The translations under genes and the position numbers were made by a program. DNA of 64,000 nucleotides. It comes from Vicugna vicugna (taxonomy: Eukaryota). This document shows, piece after piece, positions 37,990 to 50,407 of this stretch (positions are counted from its first letter, which is position 1; each line of letters opens with the position of its first letter). Where the stretch lies: contig MU057651.1 of the NCBI GenBank assembly GCA_013265495.1, positions 682,001 through 746,000 of the forward strand, in the 5' to 3' direction. The notes below the pieces were generated by a model. The model had not been told where the DNA came from and ran no database searches. It was given only the letters and a program-made list of their open reading frames with translations.

Positions 37990-38420
37990 TGTAATAATAA
38001 ATAGTCCTTACATAGTACTTTTTATGTGTCAGTACTATTCTAAATATTTTTCATATATTATCTCATTTTTCCGTACAAAACCCCTATGAATAGGTACTGG
38101 CCATATCTTTAGTTACAGATGTGGAAACTCAGGCATATCCAGGTTGAAAGACTTGCCCAAGTCACACAGGTGACAAGTTGCTGGACTGAGATTGGGACCC
38201 CCCCCAACCCACCCCGTCTGTACTCTGGCTCTATATTGCCTCATGTGATATTATAAAATACCTTATACCTTTCTAAGCCCTCTAATCTGTATCACTTGTG
38301 TCCTCACAATGAATATGTGTGATAAGCTGAGCAAAGACTATGTGGCCATTTTACAGAGGAGTAAACTGAAGCCCAGTGAAGGGAAGTGGCTTGTTTAAAG
38401 TCAAATGTTTGTTTGGCCAC
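37990..38420 (-). mobile_element. Two MIR SINEs
   Basis: ttacagatgtggaaactcaggc and ttttacagaggagtaaactgaagcccag. Confidence 0.75.
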
Positions 38421-38749
38421 GAGCTTCTCCCTCCTCATAGAATAACCCCTCCCCAACACAGGACCAACTTATTTACTGCAGGGAAAACAAATGGGCCACC
38501 CACCCTTTGGGGCTGAGCCATTTCAACCTTTTCTTTTGTTGACAGCAAATAAGTACAGTCAGTGCACATAAAGCACCCAGAACAGTGCCCAACAAATAGT
38601 AAACACTCAGGACATGATAATGCCCTTCTTGCCTTTCTCTGTCTCAGCTCCCACATTGCTCACTCTGCCCACCAGTCAAGGCTCTCTTCTGGCTCCCAGT
38701 TGAGTAGGTCAGCCAGGGTGGCCCTTAAGAACAATAAGAGATGAGGTTA

Positions 38750-40730
38750 CAGAGTGAAACTTAGATCAGTAAATGAGAAGGTCGGACTGCCTCTGCTTAG
38801 CGGCATGGCAATGGCAGAAACAAAGGCTCAGAAGAAGGGTCAAATAGAGGTGACTGATGTTGAAAAGTTTCTGCCCACTGGAGCCCCAGACCAGCAGCAC
38901 CAATGCAACTGGTGTCTCCTGCTACCCCTGCAGCCTACTCCAGCTCTGATCCACGAAAACAGTAGGTGGGGTGGAGTGAAATCAGCCATGGAGGCAGTTG
39001 CCTAGAATCTTGAGACCATAATTTCCTAGAGGAAGATAAATTTTGCTCATTACACAAGTGCCTCCATAGCTGGAGGTGTGTGACTAGGCCTGACTGTTGG
39101 TGAGACATGTGGCCCCTACTTAATAGAATAGAGCCAACTTGTTTCATGAATCCAACCAATTATCTTTCTTTCACAACTTTCTAATTATCTTCCTTCTCAT
39201 TATCCTGGAAAACATCAGACATTGAGTGCAATCACATCACACTTTGGGGGATAGCCAGTCTGGTGAAATCTCTGATTTAAATGAAAAAGAAACCTATAAA
39301 CGTATGCTAAGTTTGCCACAATTCTTCTCAAATATCGATAGAAATATTGTACTCAAAATGTCAGAAAATAGAACTGTTGAAAATAAAAATACAACATAAT
39401 CCCAACAACCTGGCAGTATCTGCAAATAACATCCTGGAAAGCATTAGCGGTGTGGTTCCACTTTTCCCTCATGTCAAACCACCTTAGCACTTCTACATTG
39501 ACATTCAAGGTAATTTCATATACATTTTGGGCACTTTTCCCATTGCTTCCCCTTGTTGGCCTCCTTCCAGACACCTGTGCTGGATTATACCTGTAGTACC
39601 TGATAAGGATCCTTGGGAAGAAGAGCTAACAGCACCTATGATCTAAGATGGAAGTCAATTTCATTGCACAGGGGAGGAGCAGGGAAAAGATCTGAAGCAG
39701 TCTATGGTTGGGGTATCTGTCCACTCGGCTTCCCTTCCAGAGGCTGTGTAGACCACTGCAAGCTTTCACATCATATGTCATAGCTTGGATCTTCCATCTT
39801 CTAGGTATTTCTGAGTCTCCTATGCCACCCCCTCCCTCACCAAAAAAAAAAAAGCATTCAGGTTCACAGTCTCAATGATATAGCTTAGGTGGGCAATGCC
39901 AAAATGGCAGGTTTTCTTGGAGTTTCTGTTCCACTAACTTGCAAAACACATTCCAAGATCAAATTCTGGTAGTCACAGATGACAGCACAGATGGAAAAAT
40001 TAACACTTTTGTGTAAAAGTACTCCAGAACTCTGGTATGTATGCTCTCCAAAGCTGCACCTGAGGGACTGCTACTATAGGGTAGGAGATGATGGTAGACG
40101 GGAGAGGAGACCTTGTTCATCAGCAGCGGTAGTCAGGCCCCCATGGGAGCCAATAAGGCACTCGTGTATTTGCCAGTGATCACCTATTTCACTATTTCTA
40201 AGGCAACATCCAGGGAGTGACCAGGGTACTTGGACAGAAAGGAAAGGAAAAGACCAGGAACCTTGATATCACTGCTTTTGAAAAGCTGTCAGCTCTCTCT
40301 CTAGGAGTTCCTACACAGCAGGGTGGTTAAAGAACACATGAAGAATGCAGGTCTTGTCCTTAGAGGATGTGTTATTAGTAGCCAGAAGGTAGAAGGAAAA
40401 TCAGGAGCAACCAAAGGTTATCCTCCAAGCATTTGGCAGGAGTAGGGGTCAGTACATTGGGGAATAACATTCCTCCATTGTTTGGTAATCTGATGGCTAC
40501 ACGGTAGAGTGCAACGGATACATGATGGCCTGGATTCTCCTTCAAACTCCATCACTATTTCCTCCCAACTATTTCACTGTGTGGCTCCAGGCAAATAAGT
40601 TCAAGAAAGTTCCTTACCCACAAAATAGATACAGTCCAACGTCCCAGACTACCTGCCTTCTTCAAAGAGTGATGACAGAACTGCCTGCAGTGTACTTCGG
40701 TCTCTTACAATGGTTGAAAAACCACCAAAA
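38750..40730 (-). mobile_element. RTE-X/L4-like LINE reverse-transcriptase remnant
   Basis: Collinear degenerate RT motifs on the minus strand: KYPGHSLDVA (~40201-40232; cf. NYRPISLL), VNLNAFF (~39850-39870; cf. IDLKAAF), RYCQVVGI (~39400-39421), RIVANLAYVYRFLFHLN (~39275-39325; cf. EQVKxFKYLGIxF), WIRAGVG (~38933-38953; cf. LRAEVG). Confidence 0.45.
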
Positions 40731-40769
40731 ACCCCTGGACAAATACATGTTTTTAAAACTTATCTTAAA

Positions 40770-42061
40770 GTCAATAAAAATCACACTAATTATGAACTAT
40801 CAGAAAGAGAAATTAAGAAAAGCATCCCATTTAAAATTTCATCAAAAATAATAAAATACCTAAGAATAAGTTTAACCCAGGAGTTGAAAGATATGTACAA
40901 TGAAAAGTGATAAAACACTGAGGAAAGAAATTGAAGAAGATACAAAAAAATGGAAAGATATTCCATGATCATGGGTTGAACATTAACATTGTTACAATGT
41001 CTATACTGCCCAAAGTGATCTATAGATTCAGCTGTGATTTCAAAGCTATAGTAATGAAAATTGTATGGTAAGGTCATAAAAACAGACACATAGATCAATG
41101 GAACAGAATAAAGAGCCCAGAAATAAACTCATACATATATGGTCAATTAATTCATGACAAGGGAGCCAATTATATGCAATGAGTAAAGGACAGTCTCTTC
41201 AGTAAATGGTGTTGGAAAATTGAACAGCCACATACAAAAGAATGAAACTGGATCACTATCTTACACAATACACAAAATTTAGCTCAAAATGGATTAAAGA
41301 CTTGAATGTAACACCTGAAACCATGAAATTTCTAGGTGAATACGAGATGGTAAGCTCCTTGACACCAGTCTTGGAGATGATTGTTTGAATCTAACACTGA
41401 AAGCAAAGGCAACAAAAGCAAAAATAAACAAGTGGGACTACACTGAACAAAAAATTTCTATACAGCAAAGAAAACCATCCACAACATGAAAAGGCAACCT
41501 ACTGAATGGGAGGAAATGTTTGCAAATTGTATATCTGACAAGGGGTTAATAAACAAAATATATTAAAAACTCACACAACTCAATAGCAAAAAACAACAAA
41601 AACAAACAAACAAAAAACACCAATCCGTTTAAAAGTAGGCAAAGGATCTGAATAAACATTTTTCCAAAGAACACATACAGATAGCCAACAGCTATACTAA
41701 AAGATACTCAACATCACTAATCATTGGGGAAATACAAATCAAAACTGCAATGAGACATCACTTCATGCCTGTTAGAATGGCTATTAAGAAAAAGACAAAA
41801 ATACCAAGTGTTGGCCAGGATGTAAAACGAAAGGAAGCCTTGTACACTGTTGGTGGAAATGTAAATTGGTAAAACCGCTATGAAAAATAGTACTGAGGTT
41901 CACTCCCAAAATTAAGAATAGAACTACCATATGATCCAGCAATTCCACCTCTGGGTATTTATCTGAAGAAAATGAAAACACTAAATCAAAAAGATATGTG
42001 CACCCCTATGTTCACTGCAGCATTATTTAAAACAGCCAAGATATGTAAAAAGATGTGGAAG

Positions 42062-42093
<32 letters not shown>

Positions 42094-42655
42094 ACACACA
42101 GAGAGGAATATTATTTAGCCATAAAAAAGAATGAAGTCTTGCCACTTGCAACAACATGGATAGATCTTGAGTGCACTATGCTAAATGGAATAAGTCAGAC
42201 AGAGAAAGATGAATACTGTATGATTTCACTTATATGTGGAATCTAAAAACAAACAAATGTAAAAAAGCCAATCCAAGCTTATATATACCGAGAACAGACT
42301 GGTGGTTGCCAGAGGCAAGGGGTGGGGGTAGGGTTAGGTAAAATGAGCGAAGGGCACCCAAAGGAACAAATTTCCAGTTAAAACAAATAAATCATGGAGA
42401 AGTAACGTACAGCCTGGTGACAAGAATTAGTAATAATGTATTGTGTATTTGCTCTCTTAGCAAAGTTTCTAAGAGGGTAAATCTTAAAAGTTCTCACCAG
42501 AAGAAAAAAATCCATAACTATGTATGATAACAAATGCTAACTAAACTTATTGTGGTGACTATTTTGCAATATAAATAAATATTGAATCATTATGTTGTAC
42601 ACCTGAAACTAATATAATGTTGTATGTCAGTTATACCTCAATAAAATAATAAATA
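40770..42655 (+). mobile_element. L1MA-like element, 3' ORF2 plus 3'UTR and poly(A), with internal (CA)n at 42062-42100
   Basis: agaaagagaaattaagaaaagcatcccattt...gagcccagaaataaac...ccatatgatccagcaattccac...tgtatgtcagttatacctcaataaaa. Confidence 0.9.
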
Positions 42656-43416
42656 AAGCTAATGATACTGCTTTAAAAAAAGAAATTATTGTTAATGGGA
42701 TGAGAAGAAAGGAATGTATAGTAATAGTCAAAATATTATAATGTAAAAAACAAGAACTAACAAGGTAGTGAGTATTATAAAACAAAACCGAAGTGATAAT
42801 GGGAAACTAGAAAGCTGAGTAAACATGGAGGTAGCTTCTTTTGCCCTAAGGGCATTTTCCAATGTTAGCAAATTTGTACTTGCATGTTGAAAGCCTTGTA
42901 GGTCAAGGGAGACAGAAATCAAAGCCCAGAACAGTAGAAGGTGAGAAATACAGTAGGAAACTCTCCCCACAGAAAGCCAGGGCTCCAAATAATTATACTT
43001 ACAGGATAAAGGTGAATCACACATGAACCTTGCAGATTTGCCACCTGTGTTTATATAGTCCAGAAAAAACGCAAGTCTTAAAATTGTCCTAGACCAACGA
43101 TGCCCCAAGATCCTGGCCAAAGCAAACACAAATTCTCTCTCTAAAGAAAGATAACTTTATCCTGAGTCTCAAATTATTCCTACAAATAAGTTTTCAAGTA
43201 CAATGACTCACAAACAAATATAACTAGACACAAGGAAATTAGGCACCATGTCCAGGAACCTGTAGAAAAAGTAAACAATAGAAACAGACCCACAAAGACT
43301 TCAGATATTGGACATATTAGAGACAGATTATAAAATGATACCTACCGTGTTTACAAAATGGAGTTAATATGTTCTAAGTTCCTGATATTATCCATGAGCA
43401 GGGTAAAGGTATGATC

Positions 43417-43496
43417 AAAAAACTATGACAAGTGGATGAATTGAATACTGTTTGGACTATATCTCAATAAAGCTGTTACAAAAAAAACTATGACAA
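43417..43496 (+). mobile_element. ~50-bp L1 3' terminal micro-insertion with 15-bp TSD
   Basis: aaaaaactatgacaa at 43417-43431 and 43482-43496 flank ...tatatctcaataaagctgtt. Confidence 0.75.
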
Positions 43497-44242
43497 AAAA
43501 AATGCATGCTCTAATTTTTAGGTAACAACTAAAAGAATATAATCAGCATTTATCTTCCAAACTAGCAGAGGGCAGAGAGAAAATGATAAAACAATAAAAT
43601 CAATGCCAGAGGAAGCAAGAAAGGAGAGAAAAGGAACAGAGGGACAAGCAGATAGCACAAAACAAGTTAGTAGATATCCACATTGGATAATGTACATGGA
43701 AGTGCTAGGGAAGAGTTGACAGTGTTTTACAAATGCAAGAGATTCTTGTGATTTGGAAACCTTAATAGTAGTAAGCACAGAAGCATCCTCTGCTTTCAGG
43801 TCTTAACTCCTGACTGTTCATCCATCTCTAATGCCTGGGAGTGGGGGATGGTGGCTGTTCACCTGAGCCCCAAAAGAAAACCGTGACTGATTCCAAAGAA
43901 ATCAGAACATAGGAGCAAAAAAGGACATAACATAGATGCAGCCTTTCCTTTATTGCCCAATTTGCTGAGAGCTGGGGAGTGAGAAGCTGAGAGCATGGAC
44001 CTAGGCACAGTCAGGGCCCCGGGCAGGGCCAGGGCAAGGGCAAAGGCAGGAGAAAATAAAAACTACTACAAACAAGACAAACTGGTCACGTGGACACTTG
44101 ATCATTCAGTGAATTCACCTTTGGAGAACTGGCTTTTAGTGCACTAATTTAAAACCATTTGACATGTATTTGCTCCTGTGGATCTCCCCTGCCTCTTGTC
44201 CCAGGGACTTGGGGAGCAGCACAAGGGAATGGGGATGATTAG

Positions 44243-44523
44243 CAGGGATGATGTCATGGGTTCACCTTGAGCAGTTGTACAGGGATCCACACTTGGATGA
44301 GCCCTGCATGTGGTTTAAAGCTCTGCTCTCACTGTCTTGAAATTCTTAATTAAAAAAGATTTTTAATGGAGAATACTGGGGATTGAACCCAGGACCTTGT
44401 ACATGCTAGGCATGCACTTTACCACTAAGGTATACCCTCCTCCCTTGAAATTCTTAATTTTTAAACCAAAAGCCTCACATTTCTATTTTTTCCTGGGCCC
44501 TGCAAATTATGTAGCTGATCCCG
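44243..44523. mobile_element. MER45A-like hAT-Tip100 MITE (host of a SINE)
   Basis: cagggatgatgtcatggg...tggtttaaagctctgct...tcttgaaattcttaat...ctgggccctgcaaattatgtagctgatcccg. Confidence 0.75.
44352..44443 (-). mobile_element. tRNA-Ala-derived camelid SINE with perfect 16-bp TSD
   Basis: Reverse complement reads gggaggagggtataccttagtggtaaagtgcatgcctagcatgtacaaggtcctgggttcaatccccagta...; TSD cttgaaattcttaatt at 44336-44351 and 44444-44459. Confidence 0.85.
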
Positions 44524-45669
44524 AGAGCCAGAGTGATAGGTAGGCAGCAGTAGATGAGAACAAGGGCAATGCTACTCATTGAGTTTTGCCAACCTAATGG
44601 CTCATGGATGCTCCAAGCCTAAGGCTAAATGAATGCTCAGCAGCTCCATATGCAGTTCAAGATGTGTTGAATGGGAGTGGTGACTGAGGTCCCAGGGCAT
44701 CCATCAAGAACTATTTGAGGGTCCCGCAAAAAAAAAAAAACTATTTGAGGGCTATTTTAATAATACCAAACATCTATAGGCACTTACTATATATACTAGG
44801 CCCTGGGCTAAGCCTTTTGCATCATTAATTCCTTATCATGAGCAGGATACTATACTAGCTGCTGTGGGAAAAGCATAAATGCTATTTGAAATCCCCCTTT
44901 CGGGGAGTAGCTTACTATCTGTTTGGACAGAGACTTCTAAGCAGTAGTAAAACAACTGAGAAAGCAATGTAAGTTTAAGTGCCAAATGCACGACATGTCT
45001 GTGCCATAATGCAATGAGAGAGAAAGGGAGTCCATTAATTGGGGGGGGGGGCATCAGAGAAAGTTTTTGGAGGAAACTGAGGCTTGAGACGGCTGTTGAA
45101 GGAAAGATGACTCCTGGATACATCATAGGGGTTTCAGGAAGTCCAAGCAAGGAGAATGGTATGGGAGAGAGAGGGAAAGTAGAAATGCCCCCCAGTGTGA
45201 CGGGGAGTGAAGGTAGGATGAGGTTGAACAATCCTGTTGAGGTAAAAGGGACATGGGGTGGGGTAAGGGATGCAGCCAGAGGTTTTGGAAAGAGGAAGGT
45301 GTGGAAGGCATCAAAAGCCATGGTTTAGACTTAATCTATAGACAGTGCGGAACGGCAGCAAAGGTTTGGGGCAGCAGAGGAGTGCCATGATGAAGGGATA
45401 TTTGGGGAAGCTGAACGGAGTGGCAAACACAGGAAGTACTAGGTGAGGTGAGTGGTTCTGGAGCTTCCAGAGGCGAGTTCAAAATCTCTCTAAGGGCATC
45501 TGGCTAAACTCTGTCCCAAACATTGCCCCAGGACTGTCCCTGAGGACTACCACCCAAGAGGGTAAAGTGAGAGCAATTCTGTACGCCCCAGGGCTCTCTT
45601 CTCCTCATCCCTGCACAGCGAGGTCCTGTCTGGACCCCAGCTCTTGCCTCAGTGCCTACACAAACACTC

Positions 45670-45870
45670 CTAAGTGCCAAGGCGTTGCCATAGAAACCAC
45701 TGCTTCAGCTTTCTCCGGAATGCTCTGCAGACGTGAGGCTTCCTGCTCAGGGAAGCTTTTCGCAAATATTTGAAGAAAGGGGCCAATGCATCAGCCAGGA
45801 GTGAACATGCACAACTGGCTGGCAGGGTGGGGAGTGGGAAGGAAGGGGCTATATATCACGGTACAGGGCC
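45670..45870 (+). promoter_or_regulatory. Promoter-like cassette: RFX X-box, CCAAT, TATA-like
   Basis: GTTGCCATAGAAAC 45684-45697, TTCTCCGGAA 45711-45720, CCAAT 45783-45787, TATATAT 45850-45856; locally raised CpG. Confidence 0.4.
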
Positions 45871-46159
45871 CACTCAGGAACCGACCCGGCTGTGGGGGCC
45901 ACTGGAAAACAAGGACCTTTTAAAGCCACGGTGCCTTTAGTTAATATGCTGGGCTCCTAACAGTATTTTACCTGTTTTCATTAGCACTGGGTTATACCCT
46001 AGGACCTGAGAGTCTCAATTGCACCCACTCCCAGGAGCCCATCAGCGACACTCTGGACTTCCCTATGATACAGCTCAGCTTGATGGGGTAAAGGCTGGTA
46101 GAACCACCTGGAACACAACAGGGCTGAGAGTTGCAGAGGGCAAAGCATCCGTAATGATG

Positions 46160-46735
46160 ATAACCAAGAATAAATCTTAGTTTATTCTGTGATGTCACTG
46201 CATTAAGCACTTTATGGGTGTGTCCTCGTTTAATTCTCACAATATTCCATGGAGGCTGGTCCTATGAGCCTCAAGATTTACCCAGATGCTCACAGGTCAT
46301 AGAGCTGGGGGTGTGAACCATGACTTGTCGTACATTCTTAACCATAATGCCTTTCTTTTATCTTTCTTTTTTTTCTTTTTTCTCTTTCTAACGATGGCTT
46401 TATTGTGAAATATAGTATGCATTAAAAAGTGTGAAAATGTATATTTATCTTCTTAAATATTTCTCTGCTTTCAGTAATTTATCCATAATGATGATGATGA
46501 TGATTATAATAGTTAAGGTTTACTATGCAGGTCCTTTTTGCCAAGGAGAGTGCTAAGTGCTCTACCTACATTCTATCAAATGAAATTCTCACAACAACCC
46601 AATGAACTGGGGACTCTGTTTAGAGAAGAGGGAATTGAGGCTTGGAGAGGTTAAGTAACTCATCCAATGGAACCTGGCAGAGCAGGGACAGGAACCCAGG
46701 TCTCCCTGATTCCAAGGCCTTACTGCCATTTGCAG
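46160..46735 (-). mobile_element. MIR SINE fragments
   Basis: tttaattctcacaat..., attctcacaacaaccc...gaattgaggcttggagaggttaagtaact. Confidence 0.75.
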
Positions 46736-46739
46736 TCGC

Positions 46740-47340
46740 TGCGTGGCATCCTCTCTGGACTTAGGTTGAGACTCCTAGTGCAAGCAAACCTCCCCCCACC
46801 ACTACTCTGATGGCATCTTGGAGAAAGTCTTTTGCTATATATCCACTTTGCCTGGAGAACTCCAAGGCGCCCAGCACTTCTCTCACATGCAGAACATCCC
46901 CCTGGATTCTCAGGGTCAGCAGGTGCGCCTCAGCCGTGACTCTAGGAAGTATGTGCCTCACAAAGACACCCCAGGGGCCTAGCTACTTTAGGGAAATTCA
47001 TTCACCTATGTGCTTATACCTAGCTTGCCTCCCTCATTGGGATTTCAGCCCACTTCAGGGCAGCGTATACTAATACTCCATCTCCAACCATTCAGGATGC
47101 TGCATCTGTGTGGGCTACGGTCTCACCTGATTCTCCAAGTGAGAAATCATCTCTGCCCCAGTTCTCCCACCGCCCTTTGTCTGCATGGTCTATTAAAGCA
47201 TCAGCCCTGTCTGCTGAGCTTAGAGTAACTCCAGCACGTTCTCTCATTGAGACCTCACCTGGAGGCATACTTCTGGTCTTTAGTGCGTGGCAGCTGGTGG
47301 AAAGTAGATGAATAAAAGCTATTTTCTGCTCAAATAAGAA
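46740..47340 (+). mobile_element. RTE-X/L4-like LINE 3' remnant
   Basis: SYFREIHSP..LPHWDFSPLQG...GCCICVG (ORF 46810-47073 and read-through) matches the spacing of the RTE-X C-terminal motif; ends near aataaaagctatt (~47311). Confidence 0.35.
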
Positions 47341-47969
47341 GCTAAAGTCCAATGGCAGGTGCAGGTACAGCCAGGTCAGAAAATGGACAAGCTGATGGCA
47401 TTAGTTTTATGACATGATAATTCCTCTCATTTAAGAGCAACAGGAACCTTACAGATGGGAAGACTGAAAATCAGCAAGCGACATCCAGCACGTTAATGAG
47501 ATGGTTTCACCAAAAGCCTCTTATCAATCAGTGTTGTTCAGGATCTGACAAGGAGGCAGAAAGTAAAACTGGGTTTCAGAGTAATAGCTGCTTTGTGAGC
47601 ATGGGAAGGGCAGCTAGTTGAGCTTGCCCTTTACACCGTTGAATGTCATGGATCGATTTTAAAATGTCATCCAAGGAAACACAAGCTTAAATGACAGTGA
47701 TAGTGGCGTAGGAGAAAGAAAACTCTACTAAGTTCCGGCTTAACCTGGTTTTATCCTAGGTATTCCTTGCTACTGACTAGCTGGGTGACCTTGAAGGATA
47801 AGTCACAGAACTTCCGATCAGGAAGCAATGGTGAAGTTCATCTTGTCCAATCCTTTCTTGATGTTTGAATATATTTAATGTTGCCAGCCTCTACTGGCAT
47901 CCTGGGAGTGACCAGGAACTTGCTACCCATAAAAGCACTGCCTCCAATTCTTAATGAGCTCTCAATTTT

Positions 47970-48830
47970 ATCTATTTTGTTATTTAACAAGCACTTATAT
48001 TATGCTTCATATGTGTCAGATAGTGATCTAAGCAAATCACACATAGTAAAGTATGTAATCTTGAAAACAACCTTATGATGTAGATACTATTATCCCCATG
48101 TTACAGGAGAAGAAGCTGAGTGTCAGAGAGGCTAAAATAACTCAATGCCACACAGCCAGGGTCAGGATTGTGACTCAGGAATTGTGACTTCTCAGTGTGT
48201 GTGCTTACCCACTGCACTGTAAAAAGCTCTTTTATTGGGCTGAAACCTGTCTTCCTCTTTGTAACTTTGTAACCTCTTTGATCCTGGTACTTACTCTTCC
48301 TGCAGTCCCAACGGTTACATTAGATTTAACCTCAAAAAGACCCTTTCTATGCTTGAGTGCAAGGCAAATTAGGATGCTGGGGCCATTGCTCTAACAATGA
48401 TGGGGTTAGTACCCCAGCTCAGGTGGGCCCTTTACTGTAAATGTACCAGACTGACAGAAGGAAAGAAACTCCCCAAAGTCACAGAGGGAGTTGATGATAG
48501 TGAACTTAAATCTATGTGTTTGGACTTCGTGTTAACTTCCTTTATGCTACAGTCCGTGAGGCTACCTCTATCCCTGCCCACTGCTCCCAACATGTACATT
48601 ATTATCGTTGATAATAATTGTAGCTGCCATTCAATGAATGCTTACCTAATCTGTCCCTGATGCTCTGCACACATTATCTCACTTAACCCCGTGACATAGG
48701 TACCACTATCATCTTCATTTTCCAGAGATAGAAGGCAAAATATAGGGAGGTCAAGTAATTTGCTAACAGTCGAACAGCTAGATTTGAATTCAGAAATATC
48801 TGTCACCAGAGTCTGGGCTTTTACTAGCTA
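47970..48830 (-). mobile_element. MIR SINEs (~47970-48210, ~48600-48830)
   Basis: actattatccccatgttacaggagaagaagctgag; ccactatcatcttcattttccagag...ggtcaagtaatttgc. Confidence 0.75.
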
Positions 48831-49329
48831 TATTTCAGACCTCTCCATAATATTCACAAGAAGCTGGGGCGCTTTGTGAACCCCTTGTTGAAAGGAAGAG
48901 TCTTAAGGTTAAAAAAAAAACCTATGAATACCTATACCCTGTTCCTGATATAATCAGATATTTTTTTAATATTGGAAAAGAGGAGTTTGAGAGAAAAAGA
49001 GAAAGGTAGTTTGCCTCACAGCTGAGGTAAGAGATGAGGCTGTAACTGAGGATACATGATTCCTGGGGGGAGATTCATGCCTGCTTTCATTTTATAACAG
49101 TTTTTCTCAACCTGTACTAGACACTAGGCACTGTGTACTAGGAATACAGTAGACCTGGGCTGTCTGCTCCTTGACAGGCTCAATTTTGTTTCTTGCCAGG
49201 GTTACACGAGTCTCTATGATTAAGGGGAAGACAGTATTCACTCTTACTTCTGCCAAGAACCGAAATACTTGCTTTTCCTCGAGTGGTAAAAACCACAATA
49301 CCAAGAAAAGACCAGTTTTTGCACAAACA

Positions 49330-49800
49330 AGGGATGTGGGAAGATTTAAAAAGCCATCCACAGCAACCCAAACCCCAAATGTAAAGCCTCTCAATTTTAA
49401 GACACCTTTAGGGACTCAGAAAGCTGAAAAAAAAAAACAATCACCACAGATATGACAGAAGGTTGATAGCCTTCATATGCAAAGAGTGTGCCTATTTGTT
49501 GAGAAAAATACTGAGATGCTAATGGTCACATGAGCAAAAGACAAATAATTTCTAAAGGAGGAACTATAAATAGCTATAAATATGTGAAAAATATTCAACA
49601 TCACCCAGTAACAAAATACATAAAAATGAAGCAACAGTCAAATACAAAAGTTGGCCCATCAAATAAAAAAAATTGTTTTTAAAAATGGGAGGACTCAGTG
49701 TTGGCAAAAGAGTGTCCTATGGGCACTCTTATGCATAGCTAGTTTAAACTGGGCAAGCTTTCTGTAAGGAAATTTGGTTAAGTATAAAAAGCCAACAACA
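49330..49800 (+). mobile_element. Old L1ME-like ORF2 3' fragment
   Basis: aaatatgtgaaaaatattcaacatcacc...ctcagtgttggcaa...aaactgggcaagctttctg. Confidence 0.6.
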
Positions 49801-49939
49801 CGCTTAGCCCTACGGCACATAATGGTTTGCTTGAGGCCTGTGTGAGGAAGCAGCTATGGGCCACAGGGCTAGCTACTTACTCAACGGACACTCAGCATAC
49901 TGCTTGGACGGTCAAGTTTAGCCTCATGTAACTCTTGGT

Positions 49940-50407
49940 GTCTCAACCAGACTGTCATCTGGATAAAAATGGACATTTAGGTTGCTTCCATATCACAGAA
50001 ATACAAAAAACCATAGGTTACAAAAGACTGTTAATCCGTCTTGTTGGCACTCTCTCCACTGCCTCTGGCTTAGACACATTGATGCAGTAAGTGGCCGCAC
50101 TGGAGAGGCCGTGTGGAAAGGAACTGATGGTGGTCTCTGGAAAGCAGTGAGCCCTCAGTCCAACAGCCCACAAGAAGCTGAACCCTTCCAACAATCCCAT
50201 GAGTGAGCTTAAAAGTGGAGCCCTCCTCAGTTGAGCCTGGAGATGACTGCAGTCCCTGGCCAATACCTGGACTGCAGCCTTGGGAGAAAACCTGCTCAGC
50301 TATGCGGGAACTCCTGACCCACGGAAACAGCGACAGAATAAATGTGTGTTGTGTGAAGTCACCACGTTTTGGGGTGATTTGTTACATAGCAATAGATAAT
50401 TAACACA
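49940..50407 (+). mobile_element. MLT1E/F-like MaLR solo LTR
   Basis: gccctcagtccaacagcccacaagaagctgaac...ccatgagtgagctt...aataaatgtgtgttg...ttttggggtgatttgttacatagcaatagataattaacaca. Confidence 0.85.

Noticed and set aside
38900..39574. ZCCHC3/Tx1 ORF1-like gag remnant
   Set aside because: No CCHC zinc knuckles found; collinear RT motifs fit better.
44836..45328. 161-aa (-) and 104-aa (+) ORFs
   Set aside because: They lie in purine-rich L2-like sequence; hydrophobic low-complexity translation typical of repeat-derived ORFs.
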